64,000 bases of DNA from Syncephalis fuscata S228. Taxonomy: Eukaryota; Fungi; Zoopagomycota. Numbering within the stretch: position 1 is the first letter of the stretch; every line of letters starts with the position of its first letter. This document shows positions 12,626 to 26,058 of this stretch, piece by piece. The stretch is from NCBI GenBank assembly GCA_025786725.1, contig JAHLTZ010000035.1, positions 186,001-250,000 on the forward strand. Reading direction: 5' to 3'. Below the pieces are notes generated by a model, which saw only the letters and a list, made by a program, of their open reading frames with translations, made no database searches and had not been told where the DNA came from. The position numbers and the translations under genes were made by a program.

Positions 12626-13882
12626 GTGTGTACGCTATAGATACACATCAAATAGTAAAAAAGTTGCGAAAGATAAAAATGCAAATAATTTTTAATGAAA
12701 TAGCTATCATAAAATAAAAATAGGTTTGTAATACAAATTCAATGTTTCAAAATACCACTTTCATTCGAATAATGTGGGTTTGATTACTATTACAGGAATG
12801 TATTCACGTTACCATTTTACCATTAAACTATGGGTGGCAAATGCCTTATGCAGCATTAGTAATTGCTACTGCCATTTGGGTCTGTTTACTAAGCATGCTA
12901 CAATAGCTGCAGCGTAATACGCTAATGGCTATAGATTAATTGAACGCATGAATATAGATTTCTTATCAATTTTAAACTCTAAACGCCTTTATTTTACTGG
13001 TTAAAATGTTAATACTTGCAACGGAGTAACTTTGGGAGACAATAAAATACAATAGACAAGTCGAATACTTATCTATGTAGAATTCTCAAAAAACCCTGTT
13101 TAGTAGTTTATCAGTAGTATGCCGAGTAAGCCAATGATAGGGCGTATTACTGGATCTCATGTTTTATCCTTCGTTTTAGCTACTGCCATAGTATTCAACT
13201 ACTCGCTGTTTTATGTGATGTTGAAATGATATCTTTTTATGTACATTGTACAGATTGTTCATCTTTGAACATCCGAAATAATTTATTTTTTCCTTTAGTG
13301 ACCATTATGTTTTTTTCAAACGCAGCTAGTTGATTAACATTGTCAATAAATTTTATTTAAATCATTTATACAAACTGTATCGATATGCTGCTCGATATAC
13401 AAATAGCCACGTTGCTCAATAAAAAATTAATAAAATCAATCAACCTATAGGTAATTAAATAGACAAATAATTATTGCAAAAGTCGTTTATTAAACAGTCA
13501 CTTCCCCTATAGCCAGTCTGACTAAATAAATGGCATTTTGAACAATTAATATCCTAATAACAATATATATTAAAGCCATAATAAAGATAACTAATTGATT
13601 ACATTATTGTATTGATAATTACACATGAATTAAATAATGTTGGATACAATATTATACATGTTATAGTGGTGAGTGAGTGTTCAAATGTATTTAAAAGTGA
13701 AGAAAATGAAATGAGTAAATAAAAATGTGAGAGTCAAGTACAGTAGAAACATTAGCATAATAAATGCATCATATTAATAACTAAATTTGACTAACGAAAC
13801 ATTTAATATGACTGATTAGTCTATTTGTATTAATTTATAATAAAATCTAAAATCTTATATCGCTTTATTTAAAACTAATCGC

Positions 13883-16395
13883 TTAATCACTATTGTTACG
13901 GCTAAATAATGGTTTAAATCCCTCGGCAGGTCGGTCAAACGATCGTCTTGCTCCTGATTCACGATCAAATGACGGCTTACGGAATCCATCATTACGATCA
14001 AATGATTTACGGAATCCATCGCCACGGTCAAATGATGGCTTACGGAATCCATCGTTGCGGTCAAATGACTTACGGAATCCATCACCACGGTCAAATGATG
14101 GCTTACGGAATCCATCGTTGCGGTCAAATGAGCGTGAGCGGCCACCGTTATCACGATTAAAGCCGCCAAATGACGAACGGCGGTCGTTGCCACCGCTTGA
14201 GAAAGAACCGCGACGCTCAAATCGGTTGGATCGACTATCGCGCATTGCATCTTTGCGTAGCGAATTTTCGTTAAAGCCAATACGATTAAGGAAGTTTGAC
14301 GATAGCTGTGGTGCTTCACTTAAGCCAAATCCTTTAGCAAAGTGACCAGCTTCATCTATAATATGGTTCTTATTGCGGATATGTAGATCTGCTACGCGGC
14401 CAACGTAGAATCCAAGATAGGCAGTAAAGGCTTCCTCAATAGCCATCGCGTCCAAATCTTCTTTGGCTTGTTCAAAAGACAACTCAGCTAGTCGTTCACG
14501 TCTTAGTTCATTCTCTGGTAAAGATAGTATTTTTGTTTCAGTCACGTCACTACCAGCTTCGTCAGTCGTTTCCTTTGGCTTAACTGTTGCATCGGCGGCT
14601 ACTGCAATCAATCGCTGCTCGAGCTCTGGGTCGTGACGTAGGCCAAGCTCTGATAAAACATTTGCAAAATCGCGTTCAAGCTGTGAGTAAATAGCAATGG
14701 CACGTCCACTCTGACCAGCACGGCCAGTACGGCCACTACGATGTACATATTGATCGGTACCAGCCGATGCACCCATTTGCACGACAAGGGTTACTCCGGG
14801 GTAGTCAACGCCACGGGCCGATACATCAGATGTAAATAGAATTGCAGGGCCTCTTGCTTCACGGAATCGGTCTGCAACACGCTGACGCTGTTTCTGATCG
14901 CGTTTTGAGTGAATTTCAAATATGTCACGGTGTCCTGAAGCGCGGAATAGATCGGCATACAGCATTGTGGCCTTGGTTGTTGGGAAGAATACAATAACTT
15001 TGCCTGGATGATCAACTACTTGACCATGTCGGCTGCGCTGACGATTGCCATCGCGTCGGTCTCGGCTATCCACCTTCTGTTCAACCTTGGCAGGCTGTGA
15101 GCCTTCAAGACGGCCTTCACCACGCAAATGCCAAGCCAATAAACGACGCAACATTACAGGATGTTCGTTCGATGGCGCCATCAAATAGCTTTGACGAATA
15201 CGTTCTGGAACATGAGGTTTTTTATCATGTCCAATAGTATCAATCAATTCATGTTCATTACGGAAAGCAATACGGACAACGCCCTTGACTTCCTTCGACA
15301 ATGTAGCCGAAAAAAGCATTGTACGGCGTTCTTCGGGTAAATGCTCGATAATCCGAGTAAGTGCATCACGGAAGCCCATCTCAAGTAGTGTATCAGCTTC
15401 ATCAAGTACTAACTATTAAATCAAATAAGCATATATTTATATTAAACAAATTTGTTTATAGCTACTTACTGCTTGTAATCCTTGCATTTGTTCCTTCAAT
15501 AGACGTTCCGACTCCAATAAATCTTCAAGACGACCTGGCGTAGCTACCAAGATATCAATGCGACGCGACTCAATATCACGAACATTGTTACGGCGATTTT
15601 CACCACCGACAAAGCAGCGTACTTGCAATGGCAAACGTGAGCATAGACGGTTTGCTTCTTCGGCAATTTGCATAGCAAGTTCGCGTGTAGGCGAAATAAT
15701 AAGTGCTTTGCACGACTTGCCTTTGCGAAAGTCTTCAACAGTTTGTTTTTGGAGTATTTGATCAATTGTTGGCAGTAAGAAGCCAAGTGTCTTTCCAGTA
15801 CCAGTTTCAGCACGAACAAGCAAATCCTTTGTGATTGGCATCTTGTTAAGCACCATAGATTGTACAGGGGACATTGTCTCATAACGGAACTCTTGTTTTA
15901 AGGCCCGTTGAAGTCCACCGTGTAGACTGATAATTTCATCAAATCGAGTGGCAACACCAGTAGCTTCATCATTAGCCATATTAATATTGGCATCATTCGG
16001 CGTTGATTCTGTCGCCGATACACCAGCCTTTTCAGAAAGGGAGCGTGAAAAGGTGACAGCAGCAGCAGCAGTGCTAGATTCGTAACGACGACCACCAAGA
16101 GTAGTACCAGTAGTAAGATAGCTGGATACAGTGTTTGTCACTGCTGGCCTATTGGCAAGAATAGAAAGTGTACGTAGACCATTTAATGACGACTTTGATG
16201 CAGTTGAACCAGCACGCAGATCTAAAGTTATTGCCAATCATTAGTATTTATTTATTCAATCAGTATAAAAATATCAAATATGTTGCAAATACACTTACTG
16301 AGTTGACGTAATGGACGTGCTGCTGCCCGTAACAAGCTGGTGCGTGCCACATTCACGGCCGCGTTAGCGATCAGAGTGGTTTGGTGTCCGTACAT
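13883..16395 (-). CDS. MSS116: DEAD-box RNA helicase, MSS116/CYT-19-like (probably mitochondrial)
   Basis: Q motif MSPVQ, AETGTGKT, PTRELA, TPGRL, LVLDEAD (joined across an intron near 15413-15470), SAT, ARGVD and HRSGRTGR. Arg/Ala/Ser-rich presequence-like N-terminus. First intron 16298-16222. Confidence 0.85.
13961..14131 (-). repeat. Coding tandem repeat with alternating 33/30-nt units (SFDRNDGFRKP / SFDRGDGFRK)
   Basis: Five complete units plus a partial unit are visible in both DNA (acggaatccatc recurring) and protein. Confidence 0.9.
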
Positions 16396-16944
16396 TATAC
16401 TTAATAACAACACTTGTTACTTTTAATCGTTACAGCACTATAGAAACACAGAGGATCAAGTATGTGTGTAATAAAACAGTGGCCAGTTAATAGACAAGTA
16501 CGTGTGTAAGCTTTCTATTAAAAAGTACCAAATGTTGTAAGCGATAAAGTAAATGGTAAACGTTGAAAAGAAAACGTCGCACGTTAAATTTAAGTGGAGA
16601 AAAAAAGAAAAAAATAATTATGATTGGAAGCTACAGTAGTCACCCGGCTTTTACCGTATACAATCGAGTGAGATAGAGAAAAAAGCCTGAGTCACACTAT
16701 AATAATGATATTCTCCGACATTGGTCACATATTTATCACTATGGATGTGGCTGAGTTTATTCATGCAATAATGTGTGTGTATTCAATAAAATGTAATGAT
16801 TTATTAAGTAGTTTGGCTGGATCATTTTGTTGTCATTTTTTGTTATAAACTATAGTCACAACAAAGCGATAAATACATCATAGAACTGGCTAATTAATTG
16901 GAACATAAACAATAGATAAACGTGCCATTGTTAATAACGCTGTA

Positions 16945-18405
16945 TTAGCGGAATCCTACAATTATTATAAGTATTTTAATTAAGACAGCAATTACAATTA
17001 ATCTACCATATTTTGCCGCTGTTTCTCGGCGATTCTTACGACCAATGGCTGCTCGTTCTTCAAATTCTTGTTCACGCGATGCTGCTTGTTGCGCTAAATA
17101 CATGATATTATGTCGTCGTCGTTTATCTCCTCCGCCACCTATCGGCTAAATATGAACAACATTATGAGCTATTAGTATATTGTCGATTTTATTATTACAA
17201 ATAGCACCACTTACTGTCATTTGCATTGCTGTCTGTTGGGCCAATTTATCAGGATTTCCAATGCCACCGTATCCAGGACCACTCATCCGATCGGCTAGAT
17301 TTACATCGACAATATTGACATTGACCGGTCCAAAGTCATGCTGTCGCTTTCGTCGACCAGTAAGCGCTGCAATCTATTGAATATCATGTTAGTGTTGCGA
17401 TCTATTGTCTACTATGTAGCATAGCACTCACTGCTTCATCGCTTAATGTCATTTGGCCGTCATCTTCATATGTTTGCGATACATTATGCATATCGTAGCC
17501 TTGCGTATAAGCATACTCTTGATATTGATACGCCGATGCATCGTATGTATTTTGCTCAGCCGTGTCTATAGATGCTGTTATCGGCTTAATTGTTGCCGAT
17601 ATACTGTCCCTACTATATTCGCGCGATTCGCTCTCCTCGATAGCTATAGCATGGCCTATTAGTTAAAAAAATAGCGTATGAAACCATAGTTATTTGTACT
17701 ATCTACCTAGGGGAAACAAATTAGTTTCTTCTACGTCCTTTCCTTTCGACTTTACAGTACTAGAAGAAGGCTTTTGTTGCCGTTTCATCAAGCTGTGTGG
17801 TATCATAGCGTTTAAAGTCGGCATAGCAGTACTAGATCCTGAAACATCTTGCCCGTCATCTGGCTGTTGCATACCATTGATCTCGTCAGGAATGTGGGCA
17901 TCGGCACCCATAGCCGTCCCTGACCAGTCGCGTGCATTAGAACCGGCTCTCTCACCAAGTCCTGCTGTCGATTTCATGGGCCTTCGATTTCTGGGTGGTG
18001 GCAAGAACGAAGAAAGGCTGCTGCGTAAACCACCATTTCCCATAGACGAAGCCGCCGTTTGCGTTGAGTCTTTTTTCATGACTTCATCGTCTTCGTCTTC
18101 GTCTTCCTCATCAGATAACGCATGACGATCCGGTAATGACACAACTATTCTAACTTTGCGTGTTTGCCCCTTCTCCTGCCCCTTATTTTTTTCAGATTTT
18201 TCTCGCTCTTTACTATCATTTGCAACCGTTAAGGTAGTAGGTGCGTCAGATATGTTCGGTGCACATGATCCTTTAGGGGGTGGCAGGAATGCTGCCAAAC
18301 CGCGGCGTCCACTGCCGCTCGTCGTTAAAGGTGATGGGACCACTGTCTCTTCCTCTGAAGCTGATGCTTGTCAGAATCTGAAGCGTAATTAGCAACAAGC
18401 GACAT
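16945..18405 (-). CDS. PRCC / MAD2B-interacting family protein, multi-exon, apparent frameshift near 18370
   Basis: Starts MSLVANYASDSD and has LPPPK/LPPPR motifs. C-terminus RRRHNIMYLAQQAASREQEFEERAAIGRKNRRETAAKY|GFR* is typical of the PRCC C-terminal domain. Confidence 0.75.
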
Positions 18406-18955
18406 GTTTAAAAGAATAAAAGTAATTTAAATAAAATACTATTTATTAAAATGTGTATGTGTGTATTTTGGTGCTTGTGTGAGAGATGTTTTACATTCAA
18501 CGTTAATTTATCAATATCATACACTGTCACCAAAATCGACCATTGCAACTGCGCTAAAAATATACAAAAAAAGTACCTCAGCAATAGTACTGCAGTTCAG
18601 TAGTAATCGCACCAATATGGCTATTAACATGATCAAATAAACAGGCTTTCTGTTTTAGAAAAACAAGAAATGCCAAACGTGCGACATTTTTTCTGAAAAT
18701 ATAGGATGAATTCAAATGGACGAATAACACGCAAGAACGAAAAACGACATACACTTAAATAGAAGGCAGCTAACAGCACGAATACTACTCTACTGCACTT
18801 CATCTCTCCTCTTCTAATACAGCCATAGTGCTTTATCTTGCTCACACAAGTCAATCTATTCAGCATTCCACCTGTGGCGTCATAGCTATAATATCGACAC
18901 TTTTATTCTACTATAGTCTTTAACAACACAATATTCAGCCAACAAACAATTAATC

Positions 18956-19447
18956 ATGTTGTCTTTGACTAAGCTCTGCATCACCGCCATCGTCGCCGGT
19001 ACTTTTGCCGCCATGACCTCTGCCCTGCCTGGTATGTACCAAAAAGCTCTAAACAAGCACAGTCAATTAATATAGTCATTGTATTATAGCGCAAACACTT
19101 GTGCAAACAGCCAAACTTCGTGAACCGTGCAATGTACAAAATGGCAATATCCTTATAGGATGTGAAAAAGGCTTAGTGTGCGAAGGAATGACTGGCCTTG
19201 CAAAAATGAGAGGAGCTAAAGTAGGAGCACCTGTACCAGGCGAAGCGCGCGTTTGTGTAAAATATATTACTAAAGAAAAAAAGACTTGCGATAATTTCAA
19301 TTTCTGCATTAATAACTTGACTTGCGTTAAAGGCAAATGCTGTAATGTAAGTAACTCATAGATACGTATAATATACAAAATACTAATCTACACTATAACG
19401 CTTTATTTTTATAGAAACTTTTATATGAATGTGAACAAACATACTAA
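18956..19447 (+). CDS. Small secreted cysteine-rich protein (121 aa, 10 Cys in mature part), 3 exons
   Basis: Exons 18956-19031, 19090-19346 and 19415-19447, GT-AG and in phase. Signal peptide MLSLTKLCITAIVAGTFAAMTSA. TATAA upstream (~18887). Confidence 0.8.
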
Positions 19448-19639
19448 TAAACTGGCTATAATTTGTTTTATTTCAAACACTATCTCATAATCTAATAGAT
19501 TTTTATCATTTATACTTGATTTTATGTATTTATTTATTACTATCGTTAAATTATTGTAGGCTTTACTATTTATTTATTTATTATGTTAAATACATTATGT
19601 TAATCATATAACATGCTGTGTATCATTGTTATTACTAAA

Positions 19640-19760
19640 CAATCTATTAACCATTTAATGCGATTTATGGATCAAATAAGCACATTTGATAATATTTGCG
19701 CAGTTAAACTAAACATTCAATCTATTGAACATGATAATGGATGGTGAATGGCATCAAAGT
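19640..19760 (+). repeat. Dispersed repeat family, copy C
   Basis: ctattaaccatttaatgcgattt...tctattgaacatgataatggatggtgaatggcatcaa; aligns with copies B and E over more than 100 bp. Confidence 0.7.
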
Positions 19761-20281
19761 TTAAAATACTCATCGGTGTATATTTATCATCCAGTATGTA
19801 TATATCCTCTTTCTATTCATATTATTCTCATTGTATACTCATACTATTATATGGTATTTTATTGGTAAGAAAATAGCATTGAATATAGCCACCACAGTCA
19901 TTATACTGGCAACTATGCATATACAGTAGTAGTAATAATGGTATATAGCATTACTGTACTAGCGCTGAGTACTTGCTCAACGACTATATTAACAGCGCTT
20001 CTTATAATATTGACATTGTACATGATGGCTGTGGTGGTTATATGCTGCCAAAATCACCATATACTTTGGTTTTTCATATATTGCCACTGCAGATCATCCT
20101 AGTGATAGCTTGTATAGTCTTGGTAGTAACAAATTGCGCTGCCACTGTTGAGATTGCAAAGCTGCAGCAGATGATCTGTAATTGCGATCTATAGTAAAAA
20201 CAAAGCATACAACGATATTTTACAGTATATGCTCAACGTAACTTAAAAACAATCTAGAGGTGTATTTACTATGTCAATAAA

Positions 20282-20767
20282 GTTACCAAAAGCAATGATC
20301 GGAGTAATGGTGATGATTTGTAAAAAAAGTCAGATTACAAAAGGCAATGCAAGTACATAGTGTAGAAGGTGTTTGTACTAACTAGTATCAGTCAACTACT
20401 GACACTATTATATAGTATATATGGAGTGTACAAATATATACAATGGATATATGCTGTCAAGTGTAAAGAAAGAGAAAGGAAATGTGATGACGTAGATTGT
20501 GAGATGTGAGCCTGTCAGTCAATATTTATAAACAGCCGAGTTTAATTGATTAATAAATGGAGTGTAAATAATAAAAGTCAATCTACCCAACATGTCAGTA
20601 CATCATAGAACAAGTGAAGCAATAATGCATTAAAAATAAAAAATTATTATAACAAAAAAAAAAAATAAAAATATTACACCCAAAAACACTCATTATCATA
20701 GAATATAGTTTCAGTATAATAGCGAATGTATTAAAAGAATAAAAGTCATTTGACACCAACATCATTA
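20282..20767. repeat. ~490-bp direct repeat, left copy
   Basis: Near-identical to 26059-26602 (gttaccaaaagcaatgatc ... catttgacacc(a)aacatcatta). Confidence 0.95.
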
Positions 20768-20957
20768 AAATGAAACATGCCAATTCTCACCGCATTATAG
20801 AAGATAGAACAATAGTTTATATACTAAATAAAAGCATATTTACAATATTTATTGATAACATATAAGCAATGAATGGACAAATGATGTAAAGCAGCTAAGT
20901 ATATAAGATGGTTAGTGTTATGACTTGTATAATCGTTAGTACTTACTTACCTTTTGA

Positions 20958-23292
20958 CTAAAATGCCTTTTTGTTGAAGCGGCACTTGCGGAAAGGCTGC
21001 ACCCGCTTGGCTGCACCTTGCGTCTTGTATTTTGAATAGCACCGGCGCTTTAACTTGCGTCGCCCCAAACGCTTGGAGTTAGATGTTGCTTCGTTGCTGC
21101 CGGTGCTATTGGTGCTTGTGTTGATGTAGTTGATGTAGTGTTGCCGATGTTTCCAATGCCGCTACTTCTTCCTGGTTTGAAGAAGCGGCTTCAAGCGGTA
21201 CAATTGTACTCACTTGTTCTTGCTGACCGCCAAACCAAGAGCAGCGTAGCGCCTGTTCGGCCGTATAGCGCGCATTGCTGTCAATGGCTAGCAATTGCGT
21301 CACTAACTCGACCACTGTGCAATGTTAGTTATTTTCAATAAATAAATATTCAACTTACCTTCGTTGCTGGCTTGAGTGATCACTTGCTCAAGGTCAAGTT
21401 GACTATTTAATATATTTTCAATATAATTAAATATCGTATTCGGCGCACCATATGGAAACTCATCTATTGTGGTAGAATAGTTAGTAGAATATTTTTGTTT
21501 CTGCTTGTACTTACCCCATATGATGTAGTAGAGCATAGCTCCTAAACTCCACATGTCAATGGGCGTGCCATACCCATTGACACTTAATGGTGGAGAGGTC
21601 AGCCGGTGGTATACCTCGGTGTTGTCTTCCGCACGCTCTAGCAGGGATAACCGCTCGCTAGACCACAATGACGCTTCAGGCGCCATGTATGGAATAGTGC
21701 CACAGCAACGTGGCACCGCGGGAGAAGACCCTACATCATAAGCCATCCCAAAGTCAGTGTAGACGACTTTGGGATATAGACGATGGCTAAATACTAGGAT
21801 ATTACCGGGCTAGTTTATTGTTAGTAAAGATGCTCAATATTAAATCAATTAATTAATTACCTTAATATCTAATTAAATAATAGCAATAATTAACTATTGT
21901 AATGTTAAAGAAATAAATATACTTACCTCGATGTACGATGCCCTTGCTGTGCATGAACTAATAGAATGTTAGCGTTGTAATAATTAAACTATAATAGTAC
22001 TTACTTCGGCACCTTCGAACAGCTGTTTAAAGATATGTTTTAATTCCATCTCTGGAATTGGGAAATGGCGATTATTATATGCCTTTAAATCGCCACCCGC
22101 AGCATACTCGATGCTTATGTACGTGTTGGCGGAAGTAATCCCCATATCAAATAGCTCAGTGAAGCAAGAATGATCTTTTACTTCATTTAGAGCGCGGACT
22201 TCATTTGCAAAGCTGCTAAAATCACAGCCTTGTGTTGAAATCTTAACTGCGACGCGTTGACGCGTAACGCGGTTAAATCCCAGGCGTACCAGCCCATATG
22301 CGCCTCTGTCATAAATAATTTGTTAGCCAGTTATTGTTTTGTATATAAATACTTACCTTCCAAGTCTTTTTTCAGTAATGATAGTTTCTTGGAAGAGACT
22401 CTATCATCATAATAATGTGTTATATTAATAGTGGTTAGCTGTATTTGTAACTTACCTGGTTATACTCTGGTAGAGCTTCCATCTCCAGAGGCGTGGTGCG
22501 CTCAATGAGGCAAATACTGAACGACGCTATAATGCATGATTAGAAGTTATAATAATAGTAAACATTTGTTAATTACCTTCAAGCCCAGGCACGCGGATGA
22601 AGCAGTCTTCATTAAAACCTTTTTTTCTTCATAGTCGACATGGACACCGTTGACTAAAAACAATGTTAGCAACTTCATTATTAATGCTAATTTAAAACTA
22701 ACTTTTTAAGACTGCCCATGCAATATTCTAAATCAATGGTTAGTAATAAAACACTAAACAGCTATTGACTTACTGTGCAGCTAATAATGCCGTTATTCTA
22801 TGTTGCATCCTAGTTAGTATCAGTCTACTGGAGTATATACTATACTTACAACTAGCACCTTGAAGCATAACTGAGGCATTTCATCCTCAGTTACCTGACA
22901 GTTACTATTTAATGTAAATTATGTGGTTAGCTTAACATCGTGTATATTCTTGTCACTTACCACTGTTGGCTTGCCCCAACAGTAAATTCTTGATCGTTCA
23001 TCAAGATGAATTCTAAGTAATTAATATTTAGATGCATGTATAATTCATATTGCGTTAGCTTACCTTGATGTGCTGTATCATTCACTTCAAGCCATGCAAC
23101 AGCGCCATGGCGTTCCTCATTCGTTAAACTATCCCAACAGGCTGGGACGTTTACATAAAGCGAATCTTCGTTGTACGAAGCATTCGAAGACGATGCAACA
23201 AAAGCTGCATCCGCGATAGGAGAGATCGAACGTGGTGTAGGAAGAGCGGCTTCAACAGCCGGGGTGGAGTTATTTGTGTTTGAGGTGTTCAT
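20958..23292 (-). CDS. Ser/Thr protein kinase (CAMK/Chk2-Dun1-like) with a degenerate FHA-like N-terminal region; more than 10 introns, probable frameshifts
   Basis: Spliced motifs LGR|GAYGLV, VAVK, EYAAGGDL, MHSKGIVHR|DIK|PGNIL, DFGMA, CGTIPYMAPE, DMWSLG and RYTAEQAL. N-terminal exons include EFTVG and VNG, which are FHA-like. The 3' end is uncertain (21106, or 20958 if frameshifted). Confidence 0.85.
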
Positions 23293-25879
23293 AATGATAA
23301 AGGTAAAGAATATAGGCGATGAGTAAACAATTGTTCAAAGTAGAAAGTGAGCTTGAAAAGAAAGTCGTGTAAAGAGTAAAGCAAAAAGATTCAACGCGTT
23401 ATTTCATTAATGAATTTAAAGACACACAATAATACAATATCAGTCAGTATTGAAGATAATATAACGATAATATACTTTATTTTACAATTAATAACATTAT
23501 ACTTGTAGTATATTCTGCTTACTGATGCTATAGCTCAGTCCTAAGCTGTATAGTAAACTATTACTTCTATCAATATTCTAGATATTTACTTGGCTAAGCA
23601 TGCATGTGGCACATCATACTGGTTTTCATGTTGGCCTTTGCAGTCGATATGGTTACGTGTTTATTCCTGTTTTTACTTTATAACTTTAACGGGCTTTGTA
23701 ATGTAATATGAACAACGTGTATTTTATTTCTATTTAGTAGCATTGAAACTCAATCGGTGAATTATTTTATAGACCATATTTCTAAAGAAAAATAGTCATT
23801 TTTATTTAACTAATACAGTAATAAATTGTGTGGATCGACTGATTTAATTGTGTGCGAATGGCAAGAATACTTGGGGAAAGCAAAAATACCCGCTAGACCC
23901 TGAAAATATTGATAGCATCGGAAAGAGCCGCTATTATAGTGGTACAACTGATTAAGAATGGTTGCATTTGGCTATGTTTCAGTTGTATTGGCCAATTGAT
24001 TCAACTAGCCAGTGTAGATATGCTGATTATGCGCGGAAATGACCGGCAAATGGAAGGCAAAAATGAGCAAATATGGAAACAAGGAAGGGATTATAATCCA
24101 ATTTACTGATAAGATGGTATCTGACATTAGAAGGTTTCAGTCAGGTGCAATACGCCAATGAGCAGTTGTTACATACTATTTACCAATATTGTCCATTCTA
24201 ATTGTAGATATGTTTTGGGGCAATTTTATAAGGTTGTATTGAGATTACTTTTGCTCATTATCTCGCCTTCTTCTGTTTCCAGTTGTTAATGTACTGTAAG
24301 TCGTTTGTTAATGGTATAGCATAAGGGGTAGTAGTCACATCCAGTGGTGTGGGGTCCCTTTTTGGTTGATCACGAAATACTGCGTTTCTGCTTGTGGGCT
24401 ATATTGAGTGTATAATGCAGTATTTGCAGACTACTGTATTATACAAGGCTTGATAATCATGTGGTTGCCTGTAGTAGGCGACTGTATACTGGTGCAATGC
24501 GGAGACATGTGGAGTTTAAGGTGTGCAGTAACAATATTTAGCAAGTTGGAATTGCTGCTGCACACTGACCTATGTTCAGGCGGCGACCTGTGATGGGTGG
24601 TCATACACTAGAGTCCATCTGCTTTTATTGCGCGCTGGAGGTGTGCTGGTAGGATTCAACTTGCGGAATAATACCACCACACACTATGTCGGATGTGGTA
24701 TGCGAACACCCGTAGTAGGTGAACGTGTATTACCATACTGTTTACTTGTGAGCATTATTAAATGAATTACCTTATAGTGCTAGTTCCAAATATCAGCTAG
24801 TATTCGGAGTTATTTTTACATAAGGAATGAAGGAATTGCAGCGCTTTGTGGTTTGATAGCCGAGGATCAATGGTATTTCTGCGATTGGTGACAACGTGGC
24901 AAAAACTAGTTACTATATTGTGGTTATTTGATAATGCAGCGGTATATGGTAATATCAGCTCTTTAATCGTAATATGCAATGGTGTTCATTTGCTCAGCTT
25001 TACACACTAGCTACAATTGGGTGAACCAGTAGACTAGTAATGCTTATTGCTACACTTGAATTACCGCAGTATATCATCCGTTTATTAGACCGTATTACCA
25101 TCTTGATAGGAAGCTAGTATAGGGCTATGTGCTTCTGACAACCGTTACTTACGCCCAAGTCGTAGTACTGCCAGTATTCCAGGTGGACGCATAGTTTCTA
25201 TATTAGACGATCATCATGATTAACAACTTTTAACAACTTTTACATTTATTTATAATATGTATAACAAACAATATCCAAACAACAAAAGAACTATTTAGAT
25301 GTGTTCTATAAATTACATATAGACAACAATCAACTAGATGTAAGTATTTTATTACTACTAAACAATACTAACAATATTTGGTATAGCTATTGAATATTGG
25401 TGCTGAGTCAACAAGTATATCTGGATTGTATTTTCATTATTTGCCATTAATTTGCATGTAGTTTACAATACCAATTATTGCCTTCATCAGCACAGATATC
25501 AACAGTAGTATTATACATTGTTGCTAGTGCTATCACTTGACACGGTTTTCCAAATGAGGGAAATATATTCATTTGGTTTTTTATCCAATCAAGTGTTAAT
25601 TGGTACTGTTATTGCATGTTTTTTAAGTATGCTGGTTAAATAAATGAAGCATTATTGATGGCAAAGTAAAAGAATAATATACATATATTATGTTGAATGA
25701 AATAAGTTTATAAAAAAGTGTATGGTGTTTTATTGATGCAATATAATGGTGGCACTATTATTATTGTTTACATATTTGCTTATCATATTATTTAGTTACA
25801 AATCTAGTGATAATTAAATAACTAGATTACAATTGCCCACTATTCATTTAATTATATTGTAATTTGATAAGTAAATGAT

Positions 25880-25995
25880 TATATCTATTAACACTTATTT
25901 ATTGAACTAAGCACTCTTTCTATCTAACATAAATTGGATAGTAAGTGGCATCAATGATCAAAATATAATACTTTTAATACTCTACAGTAATAATA
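25880..25995 (+). repeat. Dispersed repeat family, copy D (more diverged)
   Basis: tctatctaacataaattggatagtaagtggcatcaatgatcaaaatataatacttttaatactctacagtaataat aligns with copies A and B. Confidence 0.55.
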
Positions 25996-26058
25996 TAATA
26001 TATATTATTATTATTATTGGCAATAGTTATTAATTCTAGTACTGCATATATTCTATAT

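Noticed and set aside
13855-14345. Overlapping and antisense ORFs (154 aa, 150 aa, 70 aa) and a CRISPR-like periodicity
   Set aside because: These are shadows of the coding tandem repeat in the helicase tail. There are no unique spacers and the context is eukaryotic.
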